Source of the DNA: Paraspadella gotoi | Lineage: Eukaryota; Animalia; Chaetognatha | Length of the DNA stretch: 64,000 bases | Assembly: GCA_051294375.1 (NCBI GenBank) | Contig: CM119271.1 | Span: forward strand, 16,951,799-17,015,798 | Reading direction: 5' to 3' | In this document: in pieces, positions 61,986 to 64,000 of the stretch | How the letters are laid out: every line of letters starts with the position of its first letter | Numbering within the stretch: position 1 is the first letter of the stretch | Notes under the pieces: model-generated | What the model was told of the DNA's origin: nothing | Database searches by the model: none | The model's input: the letters and a program-made list of their open reading frames with translations, nothing else | Program-made: the position numbers and the translations under genes

Positions 61986-62921
61986 GTTTTTTAAAGAAAT
62001 ATTAGTAGAAAAAACAAAGTTTTAATGATTTTTTTACAACGAATTTGCTTTTATATTATTCGTTTTAAAAAAATCATTAAAACTTTTTTTTTCTACTATC
62101 AACTAACAACAAAAAAGAAAGGATTAATACATCATGTCTACCAACAAAATCTTTTTAAACTATAAGAAATAAATGATCTATGATAGTAAAAAGAAAAGTA
62201 ATGCGGGTCGCAACACCTTTGGAATAACGCTTCCTTGTTTTTCAATTGAAGTGATATAATATTTTATGAACTGTTTTAATTGTATAAAGGTCGATAAAAG
62301 TGTCCACAAGAATCATATCGGGTAAACTATAGTAATTCAAAAACTTACATAAATTTTATACAAAATTTGTTATAAAATAATTAAAATAAATAAATAAACT
62401 ACTCGTTTATATCCTTGAATAGACCCTCGATAGCCACTGAATAGTATCGATTTAATTTAACAGAAAAAACCATTGGGGAAACAACTTGGAACCATCAGGG
62501 GAGATCTTTCGTACATGACCGAGGTGGTTTTTTAATTTTTTGATGTATCACTGTAAAATAAAAAGTAACTGTATTTCATTTTTTAAAAAACAAACTATTT
62601 TTCACAATCTGTGAACTGAGGATAATAAACGACGATTTTTTTGGCAAATTAAAAAAAAATAAATAAAAACTATTTTATTTTCTTCTTTTATTTTTTAAAA
62701 CAAAAAACTTTATTTTTTTTCCTTTTTTTTAAACAGAATGCGAATGTGAGAATTGAGCGCGAATTCACGTCACGATTCACGAGGTTCACTCAAGAAATTT
62801 CACCAACTTTTCTCTCACATTGAACTGTCGAAACTCTCTCTCTCTCTCTTTCCCATCTCTGTCTCTCTATCTCTCTCTCTCCCTCTATGCAACTTCTCCC
62901 TTCCATCTCCTAGCTCTCTCT

Positions 62922-62988
<67 letters not shown>

Positions 62989-63199
62989 GTTTTCGTTGAC
63001 ACCACTCGGACTTTTTCTCCTAAATGCACTCACAATATGAAACCCACTCACTTTCAACGCCTCTCTCTCTTCTGTCTCTCTCCTCTCTCTCTCCCTATCT
63101 ATTCTCCTTTCCTCTCGTCCCCCCGGTCGGTGGCGACGGTTAGACGCCAAGCGATTCCAAAGGGAGAAAAAAAAGGAACAGAAGAACATCGAGAGAGAG

Positions 63200-63241
<42 letters not shown>

Positions 63242-63291
63242 GAGAGAGAGAGAGAGAGAAAGAAAGGAAAGAAAGAAAGAAAGAAAGAAAG

Positions 63292-63361
<70 letters not shown>

Positions 63362-63713
63362 AACGAGAAGAATTTCCGATATTTTTTCCTTTTGAAATAT
63401 AGTAAGAGAGAAAGAGAGAGAGAGAGAGAGACAGAGAGAGAGAGAGAGCGCAGCAGGCAGCATCTTCAACCCCAAAAAAACATTGTTTTTTATGAGTCAA
63501 GGAAGCCACGTGTCCCCTCTCTCTCTCTCTCTCTCTCTTTTTCTCTCTCTCTCTCCCCAACAAAGAAAAGAAAAAGTAGACCTTTTCTAACCATTAAGGG
63601 TCATTCGCCGGGAGGGACTTCCCCATTCGTCGTTTGCTTTTGAACAAAAATCACGAACTAAAAAACATCTTGATGCTTTTTTTATTGTTGTTTATCCCGG
63701 GTTACTGAGGCGT

Positions 63714-63751
<38 letters not shown>

Positions 63752-63967
63752 TTTGATATACGTTTACCTTTCAAAACCATTTTTAATCATGAGCCCCTTT
63801 TTCCGTATCGTTTTCGTCATAAAATGATAAAACGTTCTTTTTTATGTCATCAATATCGTCAGACTTTGTCGAAAGATCGTTATTTCTGTCATCATCCGAG
63901 TCATCATCATCATCTTTGTCCTCGTTTTCAACCTTGTCGTCGTCTTCGTCATCATCGTCTTCATCAA

Positions 63968-64000
<33 letters not shown>

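Larger units (their letters stand above)
58410..64000 (+). repeat. Dispersed direct repeat: ~58410-58955 and ~63515-64000
   Basis: Both copies share AAAGAAAAGAAAAAGTAGACC..TTCTAACCATTAAGGGTCATTCGCCGG through ACTTTGTCGAAAGATCG and the (TCG)n tracts. Confidence 0.9.

Overview
This is eukaryotic, most likely invertebrate animal, genomic DNA. It is AT-rich, intron-containing and packed with (AG)n, (TCG)n, (ATT)n and (AATG)n microsatellites, so almost all ORFs in the supplied track are spurious. The assembly is a draft with nine gaps of exactly 25 N, two longer gaps and indel-noisy stretches. Three spliced genes can be rebuilt by hand. (1) A 7-exon clan-2 cytochrome P450 (495 aa, + strand, 18811-22215), with a frameshifted second copy inside an ~8.7-kb tandem duplication. 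(2) Four phase-compatible exons of an immunoglobulin-superfamily gene (- strand, 51319-35025). (3) Nested antisense in that gene's 14-kb intron, a 4-exon gene for a putative sushi/CCP-TM-RING membrane E3 ligase (36280-39895). Mobile DNA includes RTE-like LINE fragments, a Penelope-like GIY-YIG fragment with an inverted terminus, about seven minimal hammerhead-ribozyme motifs, a Helentron/HINE-like family present both as monomers and as a satellite, a TA-flanked element with GC-rich TIRs, and large inverted repeats. The most intriguing candidates are a 266-nt highly structured, introner-like last intron in the P450, the nested sushi-TM-RING gene and the hammerhead family.
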